From NCBI GenBank assembly GCA_050014195.1, contig JBEKDT010000010.1, forward strand, positions 117,143 to 181,142: a stretch of DNA of 64,000 bases, written 5' to 3'. Position numbers and translations under genes: made by a program. Source of the stretch: Desulfomonilia bacterium. Its GTDB lineage: Bacteria; Desulfobacterota; Desulfomonilia; UBA1062. The notes beneath the pieces were generated by a model. It was not told where the DNA came from and ran no database searches. It saw nothing but the letters and a program-made list of their open reading frames with translations. How positions within the stretch are numbered: position 1 is the stretch's first letter; each line of letters opens with the position of its first letter. Shown one piece after another: positions 10,315 through 19,645 of the stretch.

Positions 10315-11830
10315 CTAATATTTGAGAACTAGTAAGCTTTTTAACGGTAGCATCACCAATGGCAGGAGTCAACACAAAGTAGAGGCCATCCTTGACACCC
10401 TTTTTATCCGTGACGAGTGCACTGCTGATCTCATCTAGTTGAGGATACGGAAAATCATGAAGGGTATATGCCCATTTATTTATGAGCCGGAAGATTCGTT
10501 CCATATCCTTAGCGTTGATGAGTCCAAGCTCGCGTGACAGCCAGGATGCAAAAAACATCCCGGCGGCCACTGCCCTGCCATGGCTTACTTCAAAGTTGCG
10601 GGCAAGCTCGATTGCATGGCCCAGGGTATGGCCGAAGTTCAGAATCCTCCGCAGACCACCCTCCCGTTCATCCTTGCTCACAACAAAGGCCTTATCACGT
10701 GCACACAAATTCACAATTTTCTCATAATCAAGCTCATTCGCATTTTCTAGCTCGTCGAAGAGGTCCTTATCCATGATAATGCCGTACTTAATGACCTCGG
10801 CCATGGCTTCTTTTATGTGGAGCGGTTCAAGTGTACTAAGGAAGTCAATGTCGCTGAGCACAAACACAGGCTGATGAAAAGTGCCGACGAGATTTTTACC
10901 ATGCTTGATATCAATGCCTGTCTTTCCGCCTATGCTTGAATCCACCTGGGCGAGCAGCGTAGTGGGTATCTGCACCACGGGGATGCCCCGCATGAAGATG
11001 CTGGAAGCAAAGGCGGCAAGGTCCCCGATAACACCTCCGCCAATGGCAAGACAGATCCATTGCCTGTTCGCCTGTGCAAAGAACATCTCGTCGAGGACTT
11101 TCATCAGAAAAGGGAATGACTTTGAAGACTCACCGGAAGGTATGGTTATCGTGTGGTGCTTTAATCCGGTAAGCGAAGAGCGAATAAGCCTGTTATAGAG
11201 TTTGAGCACTTGTTCATCAACAAGAACCAGGGCACCTTCCGGCATGATATGCCGGGAGATGTATTCCCGTATTTCTTTGAAAATACCCTTTCCGATATAG
11301 ACGGGATACGGTGTATTGGTAACCAGGACGGCAATAGGCTTCAGGATATCCTTTGTGAGGTCGAAGATCTCCTGGGCCACTTCCTGGGGGGCTTTGTCAT
11401 CAGTGTCTATGATAAAATCGGCATCTTCATAGGCCGGCGTTCTTTTGAGGAGGAGGCTGTGCGCCTTTTCGTTCCACAGGGGCCTGCCGGAGTCTTCCGG
11501 GACCCGCGTTGCAAGGCTTTCAAAAGAGGCGCGCAAATAGATGATGTGGCCGCAGGCCTTCATTATTGCCCTGTTGGCCGGATTTACGGGAAGACCCCCG
11601 CCGGTTGCCACAACGGTATGCTTTTCCTTTCCGGCAATCTCAATCAAGGCTTCTCTCTCCAGGTTCCTGAATGCAGCCTCTCCCACACAGGCAAAGATCT
11701 CATTTATGGAGCTGCATAACTTTGTGCTGATATATTCATCAAGATCGATGAATGGATGGTTAAGGAGTTCCGCAAGTCTCCTGCCTGCAGTAGTCTTCCC
11801 TGACCCCATAAAGCCCGTGAGAAAGATCAT
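10271..11830 (-). CDS. aroB: Shikimate kinase / 3-dehydroquinate synthase fusion (AroK-AroB)
   Basis: N-terminal GFMGSGKT and ATGGG; C-terminal GGGVIGD, PTTLLAQVDSSIGGKTG, LNFGHTLGHAIE. Confidence 0.93.
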   Translation of the reverse strand: MIFLTGFMGSGKTTAGRRLAELLNHPFIDLDEYISTKLCSSINEIFACVGEAAFRNLEREALIEIAGKEKHTVVATGGGLPVNPANRAIMKACGHIIYLRASFESLATRVPEDSGRPLWNEKAHSLLLKRTPAYEDADFIIDTDDKAPQEVAQEIFDLTKDILKPIAVLVTNTPYPVYIGKGIFKEIREYISRHIMPEGALVLVDEQVLKLYNRLIRSSLTGLKHHTITIPSGESSKSFPFLMKVLDEMFFAQANRQWICLAIGGGVIGDLAAFASSIFMRGIPVVQIPTTLLAQVDSSIGGKTGIDIKHGKNLVGTFHQPVFVLSDIDFLSTLEPLHIKEAMAEVIKYGIIMDKDLFDELENANELDYEKIVNLCARDKAFVVSKDEREGGLRRILNFGHTLGHAIELARNFEVSHGRAVAAGMFFASWLSRELGLINAKDMERIFRLINKWAYTLHDFPYPQLDEISSALVTDKKGVKDGLYFVLTPAIGDATVKKLTSSQILGAYGRFVRECEEGL

Positions 11831-12960
11831 AGGCTCTCCCAGTACTTCCTGTGCTCATCAAATGTCTTTTTAAGGGCATCCATGCTCGGTTGGGTAAAGC
11901 CGGCCATGATGGCGGAAGATACAGCGATAATCGCCATGGCCTCCCCTACTACTGATGCCGCAGGGACAGCGCACACATCCGAGCGTTCATAGCTTGCCCG
12001 TACTGCAGCACCCGTGCGCATGTCAAAGGAGGGCAGCCCTTTCTTGAGGGTGGGAATCGGTTTCATTGTGCATCTGAGCACTACGGGTTCGCCGTTGGTC
12101 ACACCTCCCTCCAGGCCGCCGGCATTGTTGGAAGACCTGGTCTTAGGGTGAGTCGGCATTATCGGGTCATGGACCATAGATCCGGGAAGCGCACCGCACG
12201 CAACTCCGGCGCCGATCTGAATTGCCTTGATGGCCGGGATGGACATCAGATGCATGGATAAGAGCGCATCGAGGCGTTGTTCCCACTGAGTGTACGAGCC
12301 GATGCCTGCAGGAAGGCCTTCAATCACTATGGTGAATTCACCGCCGATGGAGTCGCCGGTACCGTCAATATCACGGATAATTTTTTCCATGTCGTGCGTT
12401 GAGGCTTTATCAGGACAAAAAACGCCGGATGCATCCCGTTTGTTCTGGTCAAACGGTCCTTCATAGGTTGAGGTGCCGATCCTGGTCACCCAGGAATAGG
12501 CCTTTATACTTAAGGTTGAAAGAAAAGACCGCAAGAGCCCACCCACAGCTACCCTTCCGGCGGTCTCCCGGGCGCTCGAACGCTCGAGCACATTTCTTAA
12601 GTCTGTGTGCCTGAATCTTGCCGCACCTGCAAGGTCGGCATGGCCGGGTCGTGGTGTATTGATTTCTCTTCCCGGGATGATCTCCCAGGGATCCATGTAT
12701 TCCTTCCAGTTCTCAAAATCCTTGTTCCATATCGCAAGGAGCACCGGGCTCCCCATGGTGATGCCTCCCCTGATCCCTGAGAGAACATCCACGGTGTCCT
12801 GCTCGATGGACATTCGGCCGCCCCTGCCATAGCCTTTCTGGCGCCTCTTAAGATCGGCATTGATGGAGTCCCTGTCTACCTTGAGACCTGCGGGCAGACC
12901 GTCAAGAAAGGCAAAGATACCCCTGCCGTGGGACTCACCTGCTGTATAAAAAAGGAGCAT
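11827..12960 (-). CDS. aroC: Chorismate synthase
   Basis: TAGESHG, PRPGHAD, RSSARET, RSDVC. Confidence 0.97.
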   Translation of the reverse strand: MLLFYTAGESHGRGIFAFLDGLPAGLKVDRDSINADLKRRQKGYGRGGRMSIEQDTVDVLSGIRGGITMGSPVLLAIWNKDFENWKEYMDPWEIIPGREINTPRPGHADLAGAARFRHTDLRNVLERSSARETAGRVAVGGLLRSFLSTLSIKAYSWVTRIGTSTYEGPFDQNKRDASGVFCPDKASTHDMEKIIRDIDGTGDSIGGEFTIVIEGLPAGIGSYTQWEQRLDALLSMHLMSIPAIKAIQIGAGVACGALPGSMVHDPIMPTHPKTRSSNNAGGLEGGVTNGEPVVLRCTMKPIPTLKKGLPSFDMRTGAAVRASYERSDVCAVPAASVVGEAMAIIAVSSAIMAGFTQPSMDALKKTFDEHRKYWESL

Positions 12961-13036
12961 GAAACCTCCGCACCAAGATCAATTGGGCGTGATTATGGTG
13001 GATGAAGGCCGGGTTTGTCAACAGAGCTTAAAAGAC

Positions 13037-13101
13037 AAGCTATCAGCCCTTAAGCTATCATACATCAGAGAAAAGCTTGAAAAGCTAACGGCTGATAGCT
13101 T
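13037..13101. repeat. Inverted repeat in AGCT-rich degenerate repeats at the receptor 3' end; possible terminator
   Basis: AAGCTATCAGCC (13037-13048) and GGCTGATAGCTT (13090-13101). Confidence 0.5.
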
Positions 13102-13106
13102 AAAGG

Positions 13107-15017
13107 CTAGAAGCTTATTTTTGTCGCAAACCGGTACGTTCTTCCAGGTACAGGGTACCAGGTGGTCCCAAATGACGACTTGTACACATATTCCGGTGAC
13201 CGGTCATTAAGGAGGTCGTCCACTTTAAAGGAGATCGTGGCATCTTTGCTCACATCAAGCAGGGCACCGGCATTCAGGATGTAACGGTTGTTGGTTTTTT
13301 CTGTGTTGGCATCATCCTCGTAAGCACCTTGCCTGATCTGATATGAGAGAGAAAGCGTTGCATTCCTGCCAACGATTTCCGGCAGATAGTCTGCCTGAAG
13401 ATTGAGCACTTGAGGGGGGGTCTGACCGAGCTTGTTTCCCTTATCAGGGCCGCTTTCAAAGGTAGTGTTGCTGAAGATGTAATTTGCCGAGAGTTTTATT
13501 ACGCTTATGGGTGCAACCCAAGAATTTGCCTCGATGCCTGATGACTTGGCCCTATTAACATTTATATAGGTAAACGTGTTGGCGCTCGGATAATCCGCCT
13601 TGATGAGGTCATGGTATGTACTGAGAAAATAGTCGATACTGAATCCATAGGTATTCATGGAGACAATCGGTCCGATGTCCCAGCTGAATGACTGCTCGGG
13701 CTTGAGGTTCGGATTCGGAATGAAGGTGCTGTATTGAGATGAGGGCGAATAGAGCTTGCCTATATCCGGTATAAGATATCCGGTACCGGCATTGGCCTTG
13801 ATCTGAATATGCTCGATCACCTTCCATGCTGCGCCGGCATGATAGGACCACTGATTTTGAAAATCCGAGTAGCTGTCATACCTGCCGTTAAGATCCAGCA
13901 AGACCGGCTGTAGATTGATACCTGCAGATAAGGAACCGGTCCCTGTACTGCGGGAGTGAATGCCGTAGTCATCGCTGCTCACATGTTCATCGAGATATTC
14001 CAATCCCGGGGTCAAGGTAACCAAGCCCATTTTTTTCGTATAGGATATCGAGAAGTCTTTGTTGTTCAGGTTTGTTATGTTATCTGCGCCCCACGACGGC
14101 CTCTGGTTGTGGGTTCTATTGGTCAAGATCCATGCACGGACATCGATTGCCTGATCCTGTGTAAGGTCCTTTCTGGTTTCGATGAGGAACGTATTTTGTG
14201 CAGTATTCGTCATGTCGTTTGGCGTGATGTAGCTTGGTGTTCCTTCGGCACCCGGTGAGCCCTCTGACTGGTCAATGAAATTTTCCATCAGGGAGGTCTG
14301 CCAACCTTGTGCATCAACGACGGCCTTGATGAGCCCGGTGGTATTTTCTACGGTATTGTTTTCCCGACGGGTCCATGTGCCGTCATCTCGTTTATATCTG
14401 AAGTCGTTGTCTGAAAATGCATGCGTGAGGTTTGCCAGGATTCCCACCTGTCCGACATGCGTGCTCAGATGTCCATGGTAAAGGCCGTAGCCATAGGTAC
14501 CTTGCGACGCAGATAGATCATATTCATCAATGGGCGATGGGTTGTCGGTAACGAGGTTGATGACACCCCCCATGGCTGAATTGCCGAAGGCTGCGCTGTT
14601 GCTGCCTTTAATGATCTCGATCTGATCGATGTCGGGCAGCATGTACTGCGAGAGGTCTACCATGTCGCCAGTCACCGGGTTGAGCGGGATGCCGTCAAGG
14701 GTGATGAGGGTCTGCCTGTAGCTGGAACCGCGAAGCGATACGGGAGAGGTTGTTGCTCCACCGTAGTCGGAGAGATCAACTGATGATGCCTTGCGTAATG
14801 CCTCCTGCGTATCTATGAGGCCTGAAATATCAGGCCCCGGACTAATAATATCGGAAAAGGAAGTAGGGGCCTGTTGCACGACCGAGCCCTGGGCATTCTT
14901 TTCCACTGTAGGGGTGACGACGATAAGGATGTCTGAAGCTGCCTGGATGGTGCTATTCATGAACAACAGCACGGCTATGAGTGAAACGGGTAACAGGTAT
15001 CTGGTTCGATGGTCCAT
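13107..15017 (-). CDS. TonB-dependent receptor, probably cobalamin (BtuB-like)
   Basis: Plug motifs SLRG, LDGIPLN, IEIIKGSNSAAFG..AMGGVINL; C-terminal Phe; GGAGG RBS; cobalamin riboswitch upstream. Confidence 0.88.
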   Translation of the reverse strand: MDHRTRYLLPVSLIAVLLFMNSTIQAASDILIVVTPTVEKNAQGSVVQQAPTSFSDIISPGPDISGLIDTQEALRKASSVDLSDYGGATTSPVSLRGSSYRQTLITLDGIPLNPVTGDMVDLSQYMLPDIDQIEIIKGSNSAAFGNSAMGGVINLVTDNPSPIDEYDLSASQGTYGYGLYHGHLSTHVGQVGILANLTHAFSDNDFRYKRDDGTWTRRENNTVENTTGLIKAVVDAQGWQTSLMENFIDQSEGSPGAEGTPSYITPNDMTNTAQNTFLIETRKDLTQDQAIDVRAWILTNRTHNQRPSWGADNITNLNNKDFSISYTKKMGLVTLTPGLEYLDEHVSSDDYGIHSRSTGTGSLSAGINLQPVLLDLNGRYDSYSDFQNQWSYHAGAAWKVIEHIQIKANAGTGYLIPDIGKLYSPSSQYSTFIPNPNLKPEQSFSWDIGPIVSMNTYGFSIDYFLSTYHDLIKADYPSANTFTYINVNRAKSSGIEANSWVAPISVIKLSANYIFSNTTFESGPDKGNKLGQTPPQVLNLQADYLPEIVGRNATLSLSYQIRQGAYEDDANTEKTNNRYILNAGALLDVSKDATISFKVDDLLNDRSPEYVYKSSFGTTWYPVPGRTYRFATKISF

Positions 15018-15079
15018 ATGGACACCTCCATGGAATATTCCCTTGGAGTCTCCACCCGGGCACGCGGATGTAGTCCGAA

Positions 15080-15219
15080 CTGCGGATAGGTCTTCTGGCT
15101 CACGGATCAGTTGGGCGGCCTTGCCTTCCCGCATATGCAGTGGCATGTAGCGGCCTGCCCTCCCCGTTCACAGCGGCGGCCCCACCCCGGAATTTCACCG
15201 GGTTCCCTTGAATCCGCAG
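15080..15219 (-). ncRNA. Cobalamin riboswitch
   Basis: Minus strand AAGGGAA-CCCGGTGAAATTCCGG...GCCGCTGTGA...GCCACTG...GGGAAGGC...AGCCAGAAGACCT, closed by CTGCGGAT/ATCCGCAG. Confidence 0.93.
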
Positions 15220-15290
15220 CAGGGTAATGATTTGATATCAGATGGGGGATTGGCTGTCAATGCACCTATGATATACTCTAAGAGAGCCTT

Positions 15291-15328
15291 TAGGCGCGAT
15301 ATATCTCGCGGCTGAAGCCGCTCCTACA
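15291..15328. repeat. GTAG-type REP doublet remnant (left copy internally deleted)
   Basis: TCGCGGCTGAAGCCGCTCCTACA (15306-15328) preceded by TAGG-CGCGA; same family as 18051 and 52239. Confidence 0.75.
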
Positions 15329-15371
15329 ATTTTCCCTTGCTCCGGCTAAAAGAATCTGGCATATGGTATGT

Positions 15372-15443
15372 ATGATTACAGCATCAGCACACATATTTTT
15401 TGGCTATTATTTCTGGTTTAGGAAGTGGCCGCCTGTGGGCTGA
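15372..15443 (+). CDS. aroF leader peptide MITASAHIFFGYYFWFRKWPPVG
   Basis: 23 codons with 8 aromatic residues in 11 consecutive codons, followed by an antiterminator/terminator pair; in-frame ATG also at 15363. Confidence 0.85.
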   Translation: MITASAHIFFGYYFWFRKWPPVG

Positions 15444-15462
15444 GCTGTTCGTAAACGAACAC

Positions 15463-15503
15463 AAAGGCCGTGGGTGGTCACATTCCCACGGCCTTTTCAT
15501 TTG
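15463..15503 (+). terminator. Attenuator terminator hairpin
   Basis: AAAGGCCGTGGG (15463-15474) / CCCACGGCCTTT (15485-15496), then TCATTT. Confidence 0.85.
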
Positions 15504-15553
15504 TGGCCTGGGGAAATGACACACACGGCACTCTATAGGTAAAGGAGGCTGGT

Positions 15554-16573
15554 GTGATAATTTCTATGAAAAAGAGTGCCACGCAAGAACAGATCGATCA
15601 TGTCAAAATGCTTATCGAGTCATTCGGGTACCGGGTTCACGAGAGTGTAGGATCTGAGAGGGTCGTGTTCGGAGCCATCGGCGACGAAAGGGGCAAAGAG
15701 AGGCTTACCTGTCTTGAGGCCCAGCCCGGTGTTGAAAAGGTGATCCGCATCTTGAGCCCGTATAAGCTCGCGTCACGGGAGACAAAAGCCGAACCTACCG
15801 TGGTAAATATCGGGATGGGCGTGAAAGTAGGCAACCGGAAGCTTGCTGTCTTTGCAGGTCCGTGTGCGGTCGAATCCAAGGAGCAGATCATGGAGGTGGC
15901 CAAGACCATCAAGGAAAGCGGCGGCCATGTGCTGAGGGGTGGCGCATTCAAACCCAGGACCTCGCCGTATGCCTTCCAGGGTTTGAAGAATGACGGCCTT
16001 TTGCTCCTCTCCATGGCAAGGGAAGAGTATGGGATCCCGGTGGTGACCGAGGTCATGGACATTGCAAGCATCGAAGTAATCCTGGAGAATGCCGACTGCC
16101 TGCAGATCGGTGCCAGAAACATACAGAACTTCCAGCTCCTCAAAGAGGTGGGGAAGACTAACAAGCCGGTCCTGCTGAAACGCGGTATGTCCACAACCAT
16201 TGAAGAGTTTCTCATGTCGGCTGAATACGTTCTTGCAGGCGGCAACAACCAGGTGATCCTCTGTGAGCGTGGAATCAGAACATTTGAGACGGCAACCCGT
16301 AATACGCTGGATCTCTCGGCCGTGCCGGTACTAAAGGAGAAAACCCACTTGCCGGTCATTGTGGATCCCTCGCACGGCACCGGACATGCCCGTTATGTAG
16401 AGGCCATGTCATATGCCGCCATAGCGGCAGGTGCAGACGGTCTTATGATAGAGGTGCATCCAAAGCCTGAAGAGGCTCTCTCGGATGGTCCCCAGTCGTT
16501 GAGACCCGAAGAGTTCAAGAAGGTCATGGAGGGCATCAGGCGCATTGCGCAGGCTGTGGGCAGGGACGTATGA
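15554..16573 (+). CDS. aroF: DAHP synthase type I-beta with N-terminal regulatory domain
   Basis: [38 protein letters not shown]; AAGGAGG RBS. Confidence 0.95.
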   Translation: MIISMKKSATQEQIDHVKMLIESFGYRVHESVGSERVVFGAIGDERGKERLTCLEAQPGVEKVIRILSPYKLASRETKAEPTVVNIGMGVKVGNRKLAVFAGPCAVESKEQIMEVAKTIKESGGHVLRGGAFKPRTSPYAFQGLKNDGLLLLSMAREEYGIPVVTEVMDIASIEVILENADCLQIGARNIQNFQLLKEVGKTNKPVLLKRGMSTTIEEFLMSAEYVLAGGNNQVILCERGIRTFETATRNTLDLSAVPVLKEKTHLPVIVDPSHGTGHARYVEAMSYAAIAAGADGLMIEVHPKPEEALSDGPQSLRPEEFKKVMEGIRRIAQAVGRDV

Positions 16574-16616
16574 CATACTTGCAATCTGCCATGTGAATCA
16601 CTACAATAGTAGGGTA

Positions 16617-17144
16617 ATGGCTTACTTCATGCCCGAACACAGGAATGTCCTCAGGTGGGGATCAAACCTCGCCGAGGGTATCGTGTGCAAGGAAATGAGT
16701 TGGAGCGTCAAGGGGGTGTATGACATTAAGACCCTGTCTGAATTTAATACAGAAGACCCGAGAGACGGAATCTTTGCCCAACTCCTGATGGTTGAGCCGG
16801 GGGAAGCCCCCCTTCCCCACCATTTCCGCGTATGCCTGCAGGACACGGAGATCTTGAATTTCGTAAGGAAAAACCCTCCTGTGGACCTGCTCTCATTATT
16901 CACCTTCATTATGACACACGAACTCTTGCATATACACCGTTTTACCACAGGCAAGGCCGACTTTTACGGAGACCCCCGTGATGAAGAGGTGGTGGTGGAT
17001 ATCTTGACCCGCCTCTTTCTTGCAAAGAATCCTGTGACAGGACTGAAACAGGTGCTCACCATCCTTGACAAGGTTCAGGCGGCGCCACTATATAACGAAC
17101 ACATTGTAGACAACCAAGGGAGGTTTGTACGTGCCTATCTATGA
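16617..17144 (+). CDS. Hypothetical protein with HExxH motif
   Basis: [10 protein letters not shown] and downstream EE; 3' end overlaps the next gene. Confidence 0.7.
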   Translation: MAYFMPEHRNVLRWGSNLAEGIVCKEMSWSVKGVYDIKTLSEFNTEDPRDGIFAQLLMVEPGEAPLPHHFRVCLQDTEILNFVRKNPPVDLLSLFTFIMTHELLHIHRFTTGKADFYGDPRDEEVVVDILTRLFLAKNPVTGLKQVLTILDKVQAAPLYNEHIVDNQGRFVRAYL

Positions 17145-17406
17145 ATATAAGTGTTTGAAGTGCCGGAATGAGTTTGAAGCCATGCAGAAGTTCAGCGATT
17201 CTCCGCTCAAAAAGTGCCCATCCTGCGGCGGGGGCGTCAAGAGGCTCATCTCCCGGTCGTCTTTCCAGCTCAAGGGATCGGGCTGGTACCTCACGGACTA
17301 TGCCAAAAAGGGTTCGCCCAGTGATACCCAGGAGAGCAAGGGCTCCACAGAATCATCCCCTGAACCAACCCCGTCTAAACCCCCATCAACTTCCGATGAT
17401 GACTAG
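17131..17406 (+). CDS. FmdB-family zinc-ribbon protein
   Basis: [13 protein letters not shown]...CPSCGG...[13 protein letters not shown]; GGGAGG RBS. Confidence 0.9.
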   Translation: MPIYEYKCLKCRNEFEAMQKFSDSPLKKCPSCGGGVKRLISRSSFQLKGSGWYLTDYAKKGSPSDTQESKGSTESSPEPTPSKPPSTSDDD

Positions 17407-17415
17407 GTTTTGCCC

Positions 17416-17889
17416 ATGGCCCTGACCCACTTCGATAAAAAAGGCAGGGTGAAGATGGTGGATGTGGGTGAAAAAATCGTCACCCGTCGCGTCGCCAGGG
17501 CCAAAGGGTTAATACTCATGAGCGCTGAGGCCTTTACCGCCGTTATGACCGACTCGGTAAAGAAAGGAAATGTCCTGGCTACTGCAAAGGTTGCCGGTAT
17601 CATGGCGGCGAAAAATACTTGTACTATTATTCCGCTCTGTCATCCTCTGCCTATCGACTACATCGACATTGCCTTCCTCTTGGATGAAAATGCATCTTCC
17701 ATCGAGGCCGAGGCTACGGTCAAGGTATCAGGCAGAACAGGCGTTGAGATGGAAGCACTCCATGCAGTAAGCGTTGCACTGCTCACCATTTACGACATGG
17801 TGAAGGCCATAGATAAGACCATGGTCATTGGTGAAATAAGGCTTGAGGAGAAGTCAGGGGGCAGAAGAGGAAAGTATAAGAGAAAGTGA
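17416..17889 (+). CDS. moaC: Cyclic pyranopterin monophosphate synthase
   Basis: LTHFD..MVDV, IIPLCHPL, TGVEMEAL, YDMVKA. Confidence 0.97.
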   Translation: MALTHFDKKGRVKMVDVGEKIVTRRVARAKGLILMSAEAFTAVMTDSVKKGNVLATAKVAGIMAAKNTCTIIPLCHPLPIDYIDIAFLLDENASSIEAEATVKVSGRTGVEMEALHAVSVALLTIYDMVKAIDKTMVIGEIRLEEKSGGRRGKYKRK

Positions 17890-17914
17890 TCAGTGACTAG
17901 TGAATAGTGACTAG
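17885..17914. repeat. 7-bp tandem array (AGTGAnn)x4, left arm
   Basis: AGTGATC AGTGACT AGTGAAT AGTGACT AG; contains the moaC TGA. Confidence 0.8.
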
Positions 17915-18050
17915 ATTGATCAGATAAAAATTCTCATTATCACCATCAAGATCTCAATAAGGAATGTCTAGATCCGTGTATGAAAATCTAACGCGCTGCT
18001 AAACTCGGACTGTATCGGCGAAAAATCATCAAATGAGAAAAATCAAAACC

Positions 18051-18123
18051 TGTAGGAGCGGCTTTAGCCGCGACGGGAATAAGGGGTGCACGCAATTTTT
18101 TCGCGCCTGAAGGCGCTCCTACA
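18051..18123. repeat. GTAG-type REP doublet (REPIN-like)
   Basis: TGTAGGAGCGGCTTTAGCCGCGA ... TCGCGCCTGAAGGCGCTCCTACA as an inverted pair. Confidence 0.85.
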
Positions 18124-18183
18124 TAAAACAGAGCCGGTGCGGATGCCGCTGCAATGGGATACAAATGCAAAATCCGGGTTAAA

Positions 18184-18217
18184 CGAAGAGGGGCGGGGTT
18201 GAAACCCGCCCCCACGA
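18184..18217. repeat. Second REP-like palindrome
   Basis: GGGGCGGGGTTGAAACCCGCCCC hairpin; may double as a bidirectional terminator. Confidence 0.65.
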
Positions 18218-18222
18218 ATCTG

Positions 18223-18243
18223 ATCACTCATCACTCATCACTA
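18223..18243. repeat. 7-bp tandem array, right (inverted) arm
   Basis: ATCACTC ATCACTC ATCACTA. Confidence 0.75.
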
Positions 18244-18248
18244 AGTAA

Positions 18249-18908
18249 TTACTGCGTAAGCGGTGAAAGCTGGAGTTCTACACGACGGTTTTGAGAACGG
18301 CCCTCGGGCGTGTCATTACTCGCGACAGGGCGGCTCTTGCCGAACCCCTGAGTTGCTACCCTCCGTGCGTCGATCCCCTGGGAGATCAGATACTGTCCGA
18401 CATTCGCCGCCCTGCGCTCGGAGAGAGGCTGGTTTATGGCATCGCTGCCGGTGCTGTCGGTGTGGCCCATGACATCGATGAGGGTCTTGTTGTATTCTTT
18501 CAGCACGAGGACCACTGAGTTGAGGACATTGTAAAAGTTTGCATTGATGTCCGAACTACTGGTCTGGAAGGTTATGTTGCCGGGCATGTTGAGCATGATG
18601 TTCTCTCCCTGCCTGGTAACACTCACGCCTGATCCCTGAAGCTTCTGGCGAAGTTGTGCCTCCTGCTTATCCATGTAGTACCCGACGGCGCCTCCTGACA
18701 GGGCTCCGACTCCGGCGCCGATGAGCGCACCTTTGCGGTGATCCTTGGTGACAGCGGCTCCTACAGCCGCGCCTCCTGCAGCACCGATGATGCTGCCCCA
18801 TCCGGTCTTGCTCATCTTCTGTTCACCCGTAAACGGGTCGGTAGTGCAGCCTTCCATAAAAAAGGCTGCGGCCAGGATGATAACGATACAATAGGAAAGA
18901 TTACGCAT
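18249..18908 (-). CDS. OmpA-family lipoprotein (YiaD-like)
   Basis: Signal peptide ending EGC, glycine zipper, GHTDSTG...LSERRA...NRRVE. Confidence 0.93.
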   Translation of the reverse strand: MRNLSYCIVIILAAAFFMEGCTTDPFTGEQKMSKTGWGSIIGAAGGAAVGAAVTKDHRKGALIGAGVGALSGGAVGYYMDKQEAQLRQKLQGSGVSVTRQGENIMLNMPGNITFQTSSSDINANFYNVLNSVVLVLKEYNKTLIDVMGHTDSTGSDAINQPLSERRAANVGQYLISQGIDARRVATQGFGKSRPVASNDTPEGRSQNRRVELQLSPLTQ

Positions 18909-19045
18909 TGTCTTACCTCCTCTTGTCCCGAAGATACTTCGGTGATCATACTATTGAGTTTTATTATATTCTATCCGTTTCCTCTTCGGATATATCATAA
19001 CCGAGGTGTAGTGGTGGTTTCAAGATGTTTTGTGAGTCATGAGTA

Positions 19046-19645
19046 TCAAATACATACTTCGGCAAGAAGTGTGTCTACCTCCCGGATGATTTTATCTTGC
19101 ACGACTTCCCGCTTTAAACTCGTATCAATAATGCGGTGCCGCCCATCTGTTGCAATCTGAAGAAAGGCATCCCTGAGATTCTGATGGTAGCAAAGGCCTC
19201 GAAGCTCGAACCTGTCTCCCGGATTGATCCTGGAAAGGGCTAGGTCAGGACTCACATCCATTACAAAGGTCAGGTCGGGCTCAATCCATGTCCTTGTGTT
19301 CTCCATGATCTTCTTTACCAGATCATAACCAAGACCGCCGACGATGCCCTGATAGACCAGTGTGGAGTCCACGAACCGGTCGATGATGATGACCTTGCCG
19401 CTTGCAATACCAGGCTTGATGATCTCTATGATGTTCTGCCTGCGCGAAGAGAGCACAAGAAGGAGTTCGGCCATGACGTCGAGATCCTGGCTGAGAAAAA
19501 GGCCCCTCACCTCTTCGGAAAAAGAAGAGCCGCCGGGCTCTCTGAAAGAGAACCACGGCAGCCCTTTGCTGGTCAGATAGGAGCAGAGATGGGCGGCGTT
19601 CGTAGTCTTGCCTGTCCCCTCTCCGCCCTCGAAGGTGATGATCAC
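19046..19645 (-). CDS. tmk: Thymidylate kinase
   Basis: FEGGEGTGKTT, REPGG, IDRFVDSTLVYQG. Confidence 0.95.
   Translation of the reverse strand: MIITFEGGEGTGKTTNAAHLCSYLTSKGLPWFSFREPGGSSFSEEVRGLFLSQDLDVMAELLLVLSSRRQNIIEIIKPGIASGKVIIIDRFVDSTLVYQGIVGGLGYDLVKKIMENTRTWIEPDLTFVMDVSPDLALSRINPGDRFELRGLCYHQNLRDAFLQIATDGRHRIIDTSLKREVVQDKIIREVDTLLAEVCI

Noticed and set aside
10271-11830. AroK-AroB fusion as a novelty
   Set aside because: Known from several bacterial lineages.
15018-15146. 5' extension of the TonB receptor ORF
   Set aside because: It overlaps the cobalamin riboswitch; the SD and signal peptide support a start at 15017.
17885-18243. Possible CRISPR array
   Set aside because: The repeats are 7-mers and REP palindromes, with no 25-45 bp repeat-spacer periodicity and no cas genes.
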